A stretch of DNA of 49,383 nt, filler included, from Jimgerdemannia flammicorona (lineage: Eukaryota), in assembly GCA_003990765.1 (NCBI GenBank). It is 2 parts of 2 records of this genome, joined end to end, with 100 filler letters (N's around TTAATTAATTAA, not from the genome) between each part and the next. Parts side by side here need not be neighbours in the genome. Positions count along the whole stretch, not along the records: positions 1 to 24,642 come from RBNJ01000946.1; positions 24,743 to 49,383 come from RBNJ01000947.1. One strand, written 5' to 3'. Position numbers and translations under genes: made by a program. Below the pieces are notes generated by a model. That model did no database searches. It was given only the letters and a program-made list of their open reading frames with translations, and was not told where the DNA came from. Below are positions 23,331 to 35,467 of this stretch, in pieces. Numbering within the stretch: the first letter of the stretch is position 1; every line of letters begins with the position of its first letter.

Positions 23331-24405
23331 TCTTTCACCCGTAACATTTGGGTGACACAAGAACTCAGACAATACTTTTACTATGTTTTTGGTGTCAAGC
23401 GACTATGAACATGAATGGCAACGATCAAACTGGCAAGTGTACTGGTCAGGGGGGTGCTGGTGCCTTTGGCTGACAGCAGGTGGAGAGGAGGGGAGATGGT
23501 TTGGGGATGCCAGGGGCCTTGATGGCTAGCTGAGGTCCTGGTGGTGGAGGGAGGGGCAGGCTGAGGCAGAGAGGTGGAGAGAGGTCGACCTTCACAGACA
23601 AGATCAGAATGGGGAGGATGGTCTCAGGCCTTGATGATTGGTTGGGCCTGGGGAAGGTGTCAACAGCTGCTGCTAGGGGACAGGGAGGTGTACCCAGGGG
23701 AGTCCCAGGTGGCAGGGGAGGAGCAGAAGTAGGGGCTGGAGATGGAGATGTGACTGTTGATGGGGCTGTGACTGGGGATCTGGCAAAAAATCGATGTGAT
23801 GGCAGTTGGCAATTCGGGACTGGGAGTGGGCATGAGGCCCGGGGACCTGGCAGATGGAGTGATGGGCATGGTGTCAGCCCCGTTACTCAAGAAGTCAAGT
23901 TCAGAATTTGTGATCACTATGTGCTTCCAGGGCTTAGTGGTGACAGCGAGGATGATCTTAGGACTGGTGGTGCAGGAGGCTAAGGGAGTAGTGTCAGTGA
24001 AGTTTTTGAGGGGAAAGGAAGGGGTTGAGGTGGGGTTTGAGGAGAAGGACACCTTGTTGGCAGCCATAGAGAAGGGGGTGATAGTTGGTGGGGTTGTGGT
24101 CCCTATGGCCCAGTGCATGCGCTGGGACCCCCGAGTGGTGCAGTTGACAGTGTTGGATCTCCCTACCATGTCAAAGGAGAGGACCAGGGAGTTGGTTGTG
24201 GAGGCAATCAAGGTGTATGGAGAAATTGTAGATATTGGGTTCAAGGTCTGGGAGGGCACAGAGCTTAGGACTAGTGATGTCAATGTCAGGGTGAGGCTGG
24301 CTCGGAAGGAGAATACAGGGAAGTCGAGGGACTGGCCAGCAATATTGAGGTGGGGACTAGTAGAGTGAAAGGTCATGAGGGTGAAGGGGACCCAGGAGGA
24401 GGAGG
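23331..24405 (+). mobile_element. 5' part (UTR and ORF1) of another LINE, inserted in the YR element
   Basis: ORF 23796-24368 is homologous to LINE ORF1 (LADGVMGMVSAPLLKK, WDPRVVQL, YGEIVDIGF). The 5' motif CTTTCACCCGTAACATTTGGGTGACACAA is present. Confidence 0.9.
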
Positions 24406-24426
24406 CATCACGAAATTAAATCCATG

Positions 24427-24642
24427 ATCTGTATCTGGGTATTCTGTTCCTGCTGTATCTGGCCATATCTGTATCTGGGTGTTCTGTTCCTGCTGTATCT
24501 GACTGTATCCATATTTGTGTGTTCCATTCCTGCTGTATCTGGCCATATCTGTATCTGGGTGTTCTGTTCCTGCTGTATCTGGCTGTATCTGTATTTGGGT
24601 GTTCTGTTCCTGCTGTATCTGACTGTATCCCTGCATGTTCCG
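24427..24642 (+). repeat. 40-bp tandem repeat running into the gap
   Basis: About five copies of ATCTGTATCTGGGTGTTCTGTTCCTGCTGTATCTGGCCAT. Confidence 0.9.
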
Positions 24643-24742
24643 NNNNNNNNNNNNNNNNNNNNNNNNNNNNNNNNNNNNNNNNNNNNTTAATTAATTAANN
24701 NNNNNNNNNNNNNNNNNNNNNNNNNNNNNNNNNNNNNNNNNN
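24643..24742. other. Assembly gap with artificial all-frame stop linker
   Basis: 44 N, TTAATTAATTAA (24687-24698), then 44 N. Confidence 0.95.
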
Positions 24743-24755
24743 AAAAAAAAAAAAA

Positions 24756-27116
24756 GAGATGTGATATAGATAAAGTTATCAATGAAATGGCCTAAGTTAG
24801 GAAGATCATACAGTTGAATACAGATCTAGGTAAAGAGGTCCATGAGAGATATGAAGATAAAGAGAGCGGAGTGAAGATCAAAGGAGAGGAACATGTTAAG
24901 GAAGAAAAGACCAAGCCAGCAAATACCCTGCATAGCCCAATCAGAGTGGTATACTGGGATGATGCGGAAGGCGTCAGCCACATCGGCTTTCCAGAAGAGC
25001 GCAGTAGAGCTGACTGAGAGGAGAAGGAGAATGACGGCTTGAATGGACTGGTACTGGATTGAGAACTCCTCAGGATTGATTCCATCATTGACTGAACTCC
25101 TGTAGAGAAAGGATAGATGTTGTATAGTACAAAATTTGGATGAGTACTTCTTAGGAATAGTACCGAGAGGTGTATTGCAAAAGGGGCGGAATTCTGGTGG
25201 TATGGAGGAGAGAGACAAAAATGGGCCAAGATAGTGACCCACAGCTAGCTTGGTGAGAATGTTGGTGGAGAGAACTTCTTGGTACTAGTAAGCGGAGGTA
25301 AGGTTGTCGGATATGAGGTCGATGCAAAGCTCAGGATGAGAGTGATTTCTGTACTGATAACCATGGTAGAGACCTGTTAGGTGGTACTGAACAAGTGATT
25401 GGTTTGGATGCGAATGCAGAACCCTTTTCCACTCCTTAATATGGTACAGGGTGGTTGAGTGACTAGAAGTGGGGGGAATCAAGAGATTAGCCATGGCGAG
25501 CAGAGCAAGCCGGGGCTGTGTGAGGTCTATAACAGAAGAGACATATGTGTGCTTGACTGCAGTTTTGATAGGAGCAACCAGAGCTATTAAAGTTATGACA
25601 GACCGAGCTTGCTGCACCATCTGGGTAGATAGGATCATCTGGCTTAGATGGGAAAGTAGGATGCTGGAGTGGGGTTTGGGTGCAGGAGCTGATGGTATAT
25701 CCCCACACCCCACATCGAAAGCACAAGAGGTTGGTGGGCAAGACTGGTTTTGGGCCACCAGCCGGGTGGGCAGTTGATGAACTTCCCACCACATGAGATC
25801 CAGCATAGGAGAATGTAGAGTGATGTTGATATGCTAAGGGTGCTGAGGAAGGTTGGCCAATGATTGTCTCGAATGTATGGCGAACCATGTCTGGATTGCC
25901 GATGTCCAAGTCAGGGAAGGAGGCCTTGAGTGTACGAACTTGATGGTTGAAGCGTTGAAGTGCCACCCAGTCATAATGATCATTTATCGCTTTAATGATA
26001 AAGATTCCATGGGCAAGAAGTTGAGGAGCATGGGATGCATGTGAGGTCGATTGGGTGGTACCCAGAGCCAGTAGAGCACCTCGGATATTAAAGATGGCTT
26101 TGAGCCATAGTGGTAGATCTAGGTCATGGTCGGGCATGTATATATCTGCTTTTTTGCAGTTGCTTAATTGTGAAATAAGAGCGCTGCCAGTCCATTTGGA
26201 TAGAATCTGATAGTCGCCCGCATCTAGTGATGCCAGCAAGTCGGGTGGTACCCAATTCCATCGAAGCATGGTATCTGAAATGAGAGATGAGGAAGACTCA
26301 CCACTTTGCAGATTTGGCAGCAATTGCGATGTCAACCTTGTCATGGGAGGTGGCAGCATGAAGGGGGCCATGGCTGAGGGAGGAGTAGTGGCTGGTAGAG
26401 GAATTGCCTGTGACAAGCCCACTGGTAGCCCTGATACTGGTGGAGTAATTAAGTTGGGGCCCATCGGTATGATGGACAGATGTTTGCAAGGTACCCAACT
26501 AAAGTGGGGATTAAGCGTTCAATAAGGGCATCTTCAGCTTGCTCTCCAATAATCAGCTGAGGTAGAGGGTTGCAACTTGGATGGTGTGAGTTGAGATGTG
26601 TAACTAGTGCGGCTTTTTGACCTTCGACTGGCAGATGATGTTTACAACACAGTGTGACTAGCTGTTCTTTGTGACAAGCATGTAGGCCAGATAGATTGGG
26701 AATGGAGGAGGGGTGAGATTCATATAAGGGGGCTAGGGGGGCAACCGGTCTTGGGGCTATAGCTGGTTCCAAAGAACCATGAGACCAAGTGTGAATTGGG
26801 GGCATTGTGAATATGGTATGCGAACTAATTGTAAATACTAGCAACTAATTGCAACTAGGCGTAGTATACACCTGACTAGCTAAGATGCAATAAATACTCA
26901 GTCACTGGACAGATTACATTGTTACTAACTTGCATTAATGGTTGGCATATTTTTAAAACACCACTAGCTAAGTTATCTTTGGCATAGAAAGGGACAAGAA
27001 ACTGCATGAAATGAGCTAAACTAAGTCTGCCAAGGGGAAATTGCATGATTGTTCCACATAATGTTAAGTGGCTCTTGGTCACTTTGCTGAAGTTTGAATT
27101 GCATTCATAACTATAT
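24756..27116 (-). mobile_element. Ngaro-type element, copy 2 (complete A1, ORF1, RT N-terminal part; cut near the gap)
   Basis: High similarity to 660-2890 on the opposite strand. A1 is at about 26818-27116, ORF1 at 25487-26805 (frameshift near 26490) and RT fragments at 24826-25806. Confidence 0.93.
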
Positions 27117-27676
27117 CATCATTTCATATGTGAATGCATGGAAAATGGCACTATACACCTTGAATACACCCCAACAGAATATCTGATGGCAGATTCATTG
27201 ACTAAAGCCCTTCCAAAGACAAAGTTTGACTTATGCGTGCAAGGAATGGGTATTATGGGACTCTATGCTGGTAATTAAGGATAATTTGGGATGAGATAGG
27301 ATAATAGAGTGACAGCAAGCTTCTTTAACATTGATTCCTGCATTGGTGATTTCTACCAACATTCCTTATCTATGTATGTTCATTGCATTACTTTTTCAAC
27401 CTATTTTCGAGCTTTTAAGCAGGGAAATTGAGCATTTTTTGGTTCCTAGATAGCAATCTGAACATTGTGGTGGGATCTGCAATGGTTATAACTTAGTTTT
27501 TTCTTTACATATCTCATTGAGTGGAAGTGTTGAAATTCCTAGAATTTGTGTTACATCTTGATATGTGGTGGCACAGCCAATCTTTGGATATATCATCAAT
27601 CTAGAATGCGTAAAAGTGTGTAAGCTGGGATCAATAAACACTTGCTCGCTCCCTCTATTCCAAGTATTCCACAACA
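27114..27676 (+). mobile_element. 3' end of a Ty1/copia LTR retrotransposon (RNase H C terminus, PPT, 3' LTR)
   Basis: 27114-27278 reads YHHFICECMENGTIHLEYTPTEYLMADSLTKALPKTKF (copia YHFIRE...ADxLTK motif). A purine tract GAGTGGAAG precedes TGTTG...CAACA (27528-27676), which contains AATAAA. Confidence 0.85.
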
Positions 27677-28149
27677 CACTGTTACAATATATATATATAT
27701 ATATCAGGTTTGAGTTCAGATATTAGTTGTATAGAAATATTGAATAAGTAATATCAAAGTTTACTTATAGTCACAGGTTAGAAGTAGAGTGTAGAGATCT
27801 TATATTACATTTGTACACTAGTTCTAAACATCCAGCATTAGAGATATTTGGTGCCAAAGCAAAGAACAATTTGATGCAAATAATATACACTAGCTAGTAT
27901 TTGCTAAGATTGATATATGCTACTTAAATATACATATTGGTCACTTAGTAGAATGATACTCATTCACTCTATCACTCATTCTGTTTTCCCACTCTCTCTT
28001 CTCTCTTTATTTCTCTTACTATTTTCATACTTACCTCTGTACTGAGCTGGACTTTATAGCCCTTTCTCTTTTCATATCCTTTCCTTTTTCAGACTTCCCA
28101 AATAAGATATATATTAGATTTGAGTTTGGGTATCAGTTATATAGAAATA

Positions 28150-28870
28150 TTAACTGTAGGTAATAGACTGTAGTCTGAATATACTAGATCCTGTACTTCT
28201 TGTAAAAAACCTCAAAGAACTGATTCACAAATTCTATCCCTCTATCTATAGTTATTTGCATTAAGGTCTTGAATTGGTGGATGATTTCTTTATAGAAGAA
28301 ATTAGTGATTGACTATACATTGGCTTCTTTGATGAGTCCTGCCTCTATCCATTTTGTAAAAAGGTCTATGATGATAATAATATATCAGTTACCAGTTAAA
28401 ATCAAGGGTAGAGGGCTGATTATATCTATTGCTATATAGGCAAAGAGTACTAATTCTCTATATACTGATTCTGGAGTCTGATTTCATTGATCCTATTTCT
28501 GTTTTTGACATTTGTCACAGGTCTTGACAAATCATCTGATATCTTCCTCCATTCCTGACCACCACATCATTCTTTTTGCTTTATTATAGGTATTTGTTCC
28601 TCCTATATGGCCAAGTTCATGTACTGATTTTATTACTTGCTCCTTATTGTATTCAGGTATAACTAGTAGCTTTTCTTTCTTCAATATTCTCTATTACTTT
28701 TGAATTGTTTTCATGTTCTGTTAATAATCATTTGTATCCATTCTTCCAGATGTTGGGACATCTTTCACTGTCTCAGATAAGTGATAATTCCATAGTATAG
28801 CTCTTTATTCATGGTCGGTTTACTGGTTGGAGGTCCTTCAAGGTATCCATGAGAGGATACATATGTAGGA
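28150..28870 (-). mobile_element. Ty3/gypsy-type integrase relic
   Basis: The minus strand reads WWSGMEEDIR*FVKTCDKCQKQK and GN*YIIIIIDLFTKWIEA...ITNFFYKEII; boundaries are approximate. Confidence 0.75.
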
Positions 28871-30220
28871 TATAGAAGAAAAATGCCGACCGCCCGTAAT
28901 CGAGCAAGGGACCCTTCGTGACGAACTTGTAAAAGTAATTTGCGAACGCCGTGGGGATGACGTGGAACACAGTGAGGAAGGGATGGTTGACGGCAAGGTG
29001 GAGGTCTGAGTAGGTGTGGTCCGGGGTGTACTTGATGGCGTTGAAGAAAGTCTGGGGAGAGGCGAGGTAGGGATTGTTGAAAGGTGTGTTCAGGAGAGCT
29101 GGCAGGAGGAGGGAGGAGTTGATGTTGCCTAAGCCGCCGGGGAGGCGAATATGGAAGAAGAGGAGGAGGAGGGAGAGGAGCTGATGGTGTTGGCGGGGGT
29201 AGTTAATGCGTAGAAGATGGATAGAGCGGTCAACCGGGGCGATTCATTACTAGAATATCGAGTTCGAAACATACCATCGCTGGTCCTATTGACACGCTTG
29301 TCCTTGGTCATAATGTACCCGAACGCGACGTCATACAGCGTGAGCCAAAACCAGTTCATGGGCGGGTATATGGAGTAGAAGAAGGCCAATAGGCCCACGA
29401 TACGGTCACGCATACAAGTCAGCCATCACACAAAAAAAAACCCCCCACCACCACCAGGCAAAAACACCAAATACCTCCACAACCCGTACCCCTAAATGGA
29501 CTCCCTCCGGCATAAGCGCGACATTTGCTCACACAGAACGCGACCGCGAGAACTGGCAACCCGAAAATGAGGATGCGCCTCGGCCTCAGTGATCTTTGGA
29601 ATGCCGTTTGTTGTGCGCAGTCAGCGAGTGGACTGTGCGAATATAGAGATAGTTGGCCAGGAGAGTGGCGAGGGCGCAAAAAAGAAGTTGATGCCCAGGA
29701 CGAAGAGGTCTTACGTGACGAAGTGAACTGGAGTGGGAGTGGGGAAGAAGAAAGAATAATGGTTAAGGAGTATGCCTTCGGCAAGATGACCTGGAATTTG
29801 CGTGAATCCAGGCGCTGTTTCTTTGTTCTTTTCACGGTCCCCCAGACCCACAGCCGCACGAAAAAATCCGAATTCAAAACCTACTCCTAATCCCAATTGA
29901 CTTTAACCAATATCTGGCTTCGTGAGATGATGGGCCACGGCCAGCAACGCGCCCCTGACGAAGAAGCTCCGCCCAAGCTAGCCAGCCGTCCATCTGAGCA
30001 CCTTCCACGAGCGGATGAAATGCACGATGCCTATCAGGAAGTAAATCCTGAGTGGGGATTGAGATTCGAGTGTGAGGGATTGAATTTTTGTATATATGAT
30101 CGAGGGGTGTGATGGAGGACGTACCGGGAGCGCAGGGATGCTCCGGACGCGCGTCGAAAACACAATTGGAATAAACTTATTCAGCCATGATGTCATAGTC
30201 GCAGGGTCGCTCGTATCCAT
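28860..30220 (-). pseudogene. Multi-exon membrane-protein pseudogene resembling the DUF1624 (HGSNAT-like acyltransferase) family
   Basis: Ordered fragments RVRSIPAL, GIVHFIRSWKVLRWTAG*LGRSFFVRGALL, YPPMNWFWLTLYDVAFGY, LLLFFHIRLPGGLGNI, FFNAIKYTPD and LLDYGRSAFFFYI. There is an in-frame TAG at 29978-29980. The family call is from remembered motifs. Confidence 0.6.
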
Positions 30221-30820
30221 TCTATTTTGTGGGGGTCAAATAAAATAGTAAAACTTGGATCAGTAAGCTTGAATGAAAAACGAGTCGCTAAATCACCACT
30301 ATATGTCCATTCGAGTGACCCTACTCAATCACAACCTGACTGACCCGCCTCCGCCTCCCACCCCCTCCTAACGCAGTTTCTGTCTCATGCTGGGCGACGA
30401 CTTGCCCCAGGGTGAAAATTTACGACCAGAAAACGATTTATGGCTTAGCGGAGAATTATCGCTGAATAGTGGAGGGTCATTCCAAACGGAATCTGGTAGG
30501 CAGGGGGTCATTGTACGTAGGTGTTAGCCAACTGTATGTGAGAAGTGCAAGACGTGGGCAGAAAAGTGTGAAGAATGGTGAAAAAACGACGCCCCGAGCC
30601 TGCTGTCAGCCAGTTTTACACCAAATATGTGCGAGTATATACGCGTCAAATTAGAGTTGCCAGAGTGCACCTTGCTAATTTCCACGCGACCTATCCTCAA
30701 ATCAACGTCTGCGAGCTTAAAGAGGTTACGACTTTAAATATCGATAAATGTTTTGCATAACTATAAAAAGATATATCCCAACAGAAACCAGGAAAAAAAA
30801 AAAAAAAAAAAAAAAAAACA

Positions 30821-30863
<43 letters not shown>

Positions 30864-32266
30864 TATCACCCACTACATCTTGGCACCGGTCTATTTTTAT
30901 AACGCCGCCTACACACTACCAAGCCCACCCTTTGCGCTCAAAATATAAATGGAAGACGCCAATTTATCAATATTAGTTTTGACCCCCCTTGCGGGCGGTT
31001 GTGGGTTTCACGTATTTTGCGCCATCTAAATTATACAATTCAACGTAATCGGACCAGGCCACCCTTGACAAAAAGAAAATCTTGATTCCCTTATTACCAA
31101 AAATAATAATATGTTTAATAAAATAAATAGATAAATAGATGGTAGTCATTAACTAATATTTCTAGAAGTTGTAACCTCAGATGGAGCATCATCATCCTGT
31201 GTCGAGCGGTGATGAGGAACGTTAATGCCAGTCCGTTTTTGGCGCTCTACGCGTCCTGAAACCGCAATAAACTAGCTGAGATATCAGGGGGAGGTACAAA
31301 AGGGCTTACGTGGAATCGAAGGGGGCAGGCCATAGGATCTCCATATTGCATGACCCAGTTATTTAGTTAGAAAAAATTGTATAAATAATGCCATCAATTG
31401 CAATAAAGGGGAATCTTCGAAATATCCAGCCCCTGCGTGCATTCGCAAATAACGAGGTATCCAAGAAACCTGCACGATAGGTTGTTTTTCCTCCGCAACA
31501 AGATCAAATAGCTCCTTGGCCATGTGTGCGACGGTCGTTGCCATGAGGGACACATCTGGCGCGAGGGGTGTATGGATTTGTTCCTAGACGCAAGCTGAGC
31601 ACAATCAGCGTCTCGCCACGTACCTTTAAGCACCTGGATATAGTTATTATTACATTTCGCAAAAATACATTTTCGCAGGTGGAGTGGATGAATCCTAGAA
31701 AAGAATGGCCGCGCTGGCACTTTTATACCACATCAGCATTCAAAACAGGAAAACGACGTGCTATGCAATAAATGGAATTTATTACGAAAAACTCGAGGAA
31801 AATGTAAATAGTAAAAACTCTTTCTTTTCCAGCTGTACGTAATATAGCGCCCGCCGACCCCGATTCAATGTGAAGTCCCGATGGAAAGTCCACAGAAGTA
31901 CGTTGATCTGGTTTGGCCATTTTAGGAACCCGATGCCGTGCTATCTTGAGTACGTTTATTTTGGCACTTTGTCCAGGTTTGGCGATTTCAGAGCCATTCG
32001 GGTTAGGATTTCCATCACCTGGTGCATGTACTCCTTGCTAGTCAACATGAATTCGAAGTGAGTACCCACCGCAGCATCTGCTGCCTTTCCATTACTCGGA
32101 TGGTGCATCGTCTGTGGATGTTTCACAGTACGGTATAAGTCGTCGGACTTGTTCAGCCGCATTGTACGTCTAGCATTGTGTTGTAACGAGGACAATTTTC
32201 GGAGTTCGTGCACTGTCTTGACAACGTTGAATAAGTTAAAAAATATGGAATTCTACAAATCTCTCA

Positions 32267-32308
<42 letters not shown>

Positions 32309-33686
32309 CGTTTCCTAAGACCAAGGAAGCCAGAGACAACATGATGGTGTGCCTCGCCGAAGTCGTGAGCGATTCACGGACGTGGTATGTTTCTGGGAAT
32401 TGTTGAGGGAGATTAGTGCTCCGAGTGTGGCAGGAGAGATCGTCGAATGGCGATGTCTCGTTCTGAGCGTCTCTTTCTGAGCATCTCAATCTCGTCTCCT
32501 ACAAGCCTTGGGATGTCCCATCTCTGGGAAGAGACCGAGAGGATAGTTTAGAAGGGGTGTTGTATTGTCTAACTATTTCATTCATTTCACTCGTTCTACT
32601 CAAAAGCCAAGTGCTTTGGAGGCTCGACCTTAACCACCAGCGGCTAGTCATCACCTAGCTGGCAATTGTTATCATTTCCCGTTTGTAATATTTCCCAGGC
32701 ACAAGAAGCAGACAAACTGTATAATGAACCGTAGAAATGCATTAGCTAATCACGGCAATCTCTCCTGTCTTCGAGTGGACGGGTGGATTCCCAAAGTGGA
32801 TACCTCGATTTTCAAGTTCGTGATTCTAGTCATATTCAGACAACTACGATTATAATTATCTTAACATTAAGACCGACATCCAAAATTCTGCAATGATATC
32901 AACCACTGATAATGCCTCCTGTGTTTATACTCTAACTCGCATTGTTCTTTGCCCTGTTAAAATAATTCTGTAAATTGCTCTTTGGCCTCGAAAAATCATT
33001 GCGACACCCTAACAGCTCCTTGATATTTTGTGAATATAATAACCTCCATTTTCACTTTGGAGCCTCCTCAACCTCATCCTCTCCGGCTCCTCCACCTCCC
33101 CGTCGATCGGTATCCCTGCTATTCTCCTCATTACTATCCAGATGCCCATGCTTGCCGAACTGATTGATCTTTCATTCCAAGTCAGATCTCTCGTTCTGTC
33201 CTTCCTTACCCTCAACTCACGTCTTAATCTCCACCACTGCCCCGATAACTTCCCCTCCCTTTCTCAGCGGTGATCCCTGGCGCGGACCCAGTTGGGACAG
33301 CCCGAGTTCGACCGGTGACTCTCTCAAATGAATTTCGTTGCGTAATCCTTTCAGTTTATTCGTCAAATGACGTATCCTGTGGCATGTGTGGCCTTTAGGA
33401 CATCTGTATGGATGGGTGTGTTGGATGGACGCGTTGGATGGGCATGTATGGATGGACAAGTATGGATGGATGCAAAAGAGGCCTGGGTACGGTTTGTATC
33501 TTTATTTCACAAGTCAAACTGTAATTTAAACCTTCTCACGTGACCCAAAAAGACACAAGCCGATGTCACACTCCCCTCGCAGGTCCACCCCAGACACCTA
33601 GTTCATCATCGAGATCCCGTGTAGGGTTTGGCTGGTTGGAAGCATAAGCTTCCAGGCCTACCATTCGTGATAAATCCACGAAATGG

Positions 33687-33830
33687 CCCATTTATTACCA
33701 TACATGTAACCCCTCTGCCAGAACAGGAACGGGCGCAAAAGTTGCTAGGTTGCAAAGTTGCTAATTTGCCTTTGAGCGTAGTGTACTAGGTGAATGTGCA
33801 GAAGAAATCTCTATGGGCTAAGAATACCTT
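33687..33830 (+). repeat. Upstream copy of a direct repeat flanking the BTB-SPRY gene
   Basis: TTTATTACCATA, CCCTCTGCCAGAACAGG, AAAAGTTGCTAG, TTGCCTTTG and GGGCTAAGAATA recur in the same order at 36374-36570. Confidence 0.8.
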
Positions 33831-33971
33831 TAAAACTGCATCTAGATTAATGTTAATTTTGGAAGTTTTAACCGCTGCGCCACGATTCAGATCAAACAGA
33901 TTAGGATTCGTTCCACAGCAAAAATCACACCGACTATCCCAAACAAAACTATTTCTCTCGCTTTTATAAAC

Positions 33972-35467
33972 ATGGTCGACAGTGGTCTTAGCCTAAAGGA
34001 CGATATCGCCTCCATCTGGAAAGACCCAACCTACCACGATGTGACCATCGTCTGCGCCGATGGTGTCGAGCTGGGCGTATGCCGTGCTGTACTGGCTTCA
34101 AGGTTTGGCCGATTTCGGTCCTTTTACATAGTTTTGTTGTCTCCGTCGTTTTTTGTGATACTTTCCTAACACTTATTTCATACGGTGTCAAAAGATGCCC
34201 TGTTTTCAAGGCGATGCTGTACGGAAATATGCGAGAGGGTTCGTCTCAACGTGTCGTTCTCAACGATATCATCTCTGTGGTGCTCAATATCGTCCTCGGT
34301 TTCATTCACACCGAAACCATCGACAACACTGTTGACATTTCTATCGCGGTAGGAATATACCACGCAGCAAGCTTTCTCCTCCTTCCCAAGCTCATGAAGA
34401 TGGTACTGGAGCGCGCGAACAACCTCGCTGATTTTGGTGTCGCCTCATCGCTTCTCAACGAAGCCGTCGCCGCTATCCCCTGGAGCGAAGCCAACAAGGA
34501 CCTCTACGACGTGCTCCTCAACCCCTTCTGCGCTCACAAGCTTGCCATCGGTAAGCTGTCAGACCTCTCCGAAGAATCCCTCGAGGTGCTCCTCACAAAG
34601 GCAGCTACTCTTTCCACGCCAGAGCACGACCTCTTGCTGTGTGTCATCGACTGGGTCTGGGGACGTAACGAAAACACGCCGTCGCCTTCAGAGCGCCGTG
34701 CTATTCTGCATGACATCAACGATATGGTTTCGGGATGCGACGGAACGGTCCGGCTTGGAGACGGCGCATCGCGCGCTTTGCTGTTCAAAATGATGAGTCA
34801 TCTTGACCTCACACTCGTCTGCCCACATCGACTCAAAACCCTTACGGAGGCAGTCGACACGTTTACGGAAACCTCTCCACATTACATGGCGTTTTGCCAT
34901 CACGCTTGCAAGAACACCATATGCCCTACGGGTCATCCATCCGCAAGTCGCGGAGAGGCGAGCCACAATGTCAATCTCCAGTGGGATCGATTGAAAATCA
35001 GTTCTCAAGTGATTGTTTCGGAAGATGGCCGAGTTGTGGAGCTTGCGTCGGGGGCTTCGGCCAAGACAGCACGCCTTTCCGTTCCCGGAACGAAGGTTCA
35101 CAACAATCTATGCGAATGGGACATTGTCGTTGAATCTGTTAGTAGTAACCAAGACCTCTGCGAGATTGGGCTCGTTGGGGAGGAATTCACAAGGTTTGAT
35201 AATATTATGGAATTTCAGCCATATGCGTGGATTTTTCAATCCTGGAAGACCAACCATCGTACGGTGGTCGGACAAAATCGTTACAATTACGGCAAAAAAA
35301 TTGAAAATGGCGATGTCATTACCTTGCATTTAAACTTGAATGATCATACCTGTGCTCTTTCAATCAATGGAGTCAATTGCGGGACAGCCTGGAGCAATCT
35401 CCCCGACAAGGTGTACCCTTCTGTCACCTTACGTGATGGATGCAGGTATCGGATAAAAGATCGTTGA
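33972..35467 (+). CDS. BTB/POZ and SPRY/B30.2-like domain protein, 467 aa, two exons (33972-34102 and 34195-35467)
   Basis: A GT...CCTAAC...AG intron at 34103-34194 joins DVTIVCADG...CRAVLASR to CPVFKAMLYGNMRE (BTB). The C terminus has SPRY-like WDIVVE..EIGLV, YGKKIENGDVITLHLN, SINGVNCGTAW and VYPSVTL. The spliced frame is intact. Confidence 0.9.

Noticed and set aside
24427..24642. 40-bp repeats as a CRISPR array
   Set aside because: The units are contiguous with no unique spacers, there are no cas genes, and the context is eukaryotic.
30793..30859. Poly(A) tract (and poly(T) at 32269-32308) as retrocopy tails
   Set aside because: I found no TSD or element body, so I treat them as simple homopolymers; the poly-K and poly-F ORFs are artefacts.
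33405..33473. GGATG-rich stretch as a regulatory or telomeric repeat
   Set aside because: It is a short degenerate microsatellite with no further support.
34079..34194. N terminus of the 462-aa ORF as listed
   Set aside because: Most of this segment is the intron; the real start is the ATG at 33972.
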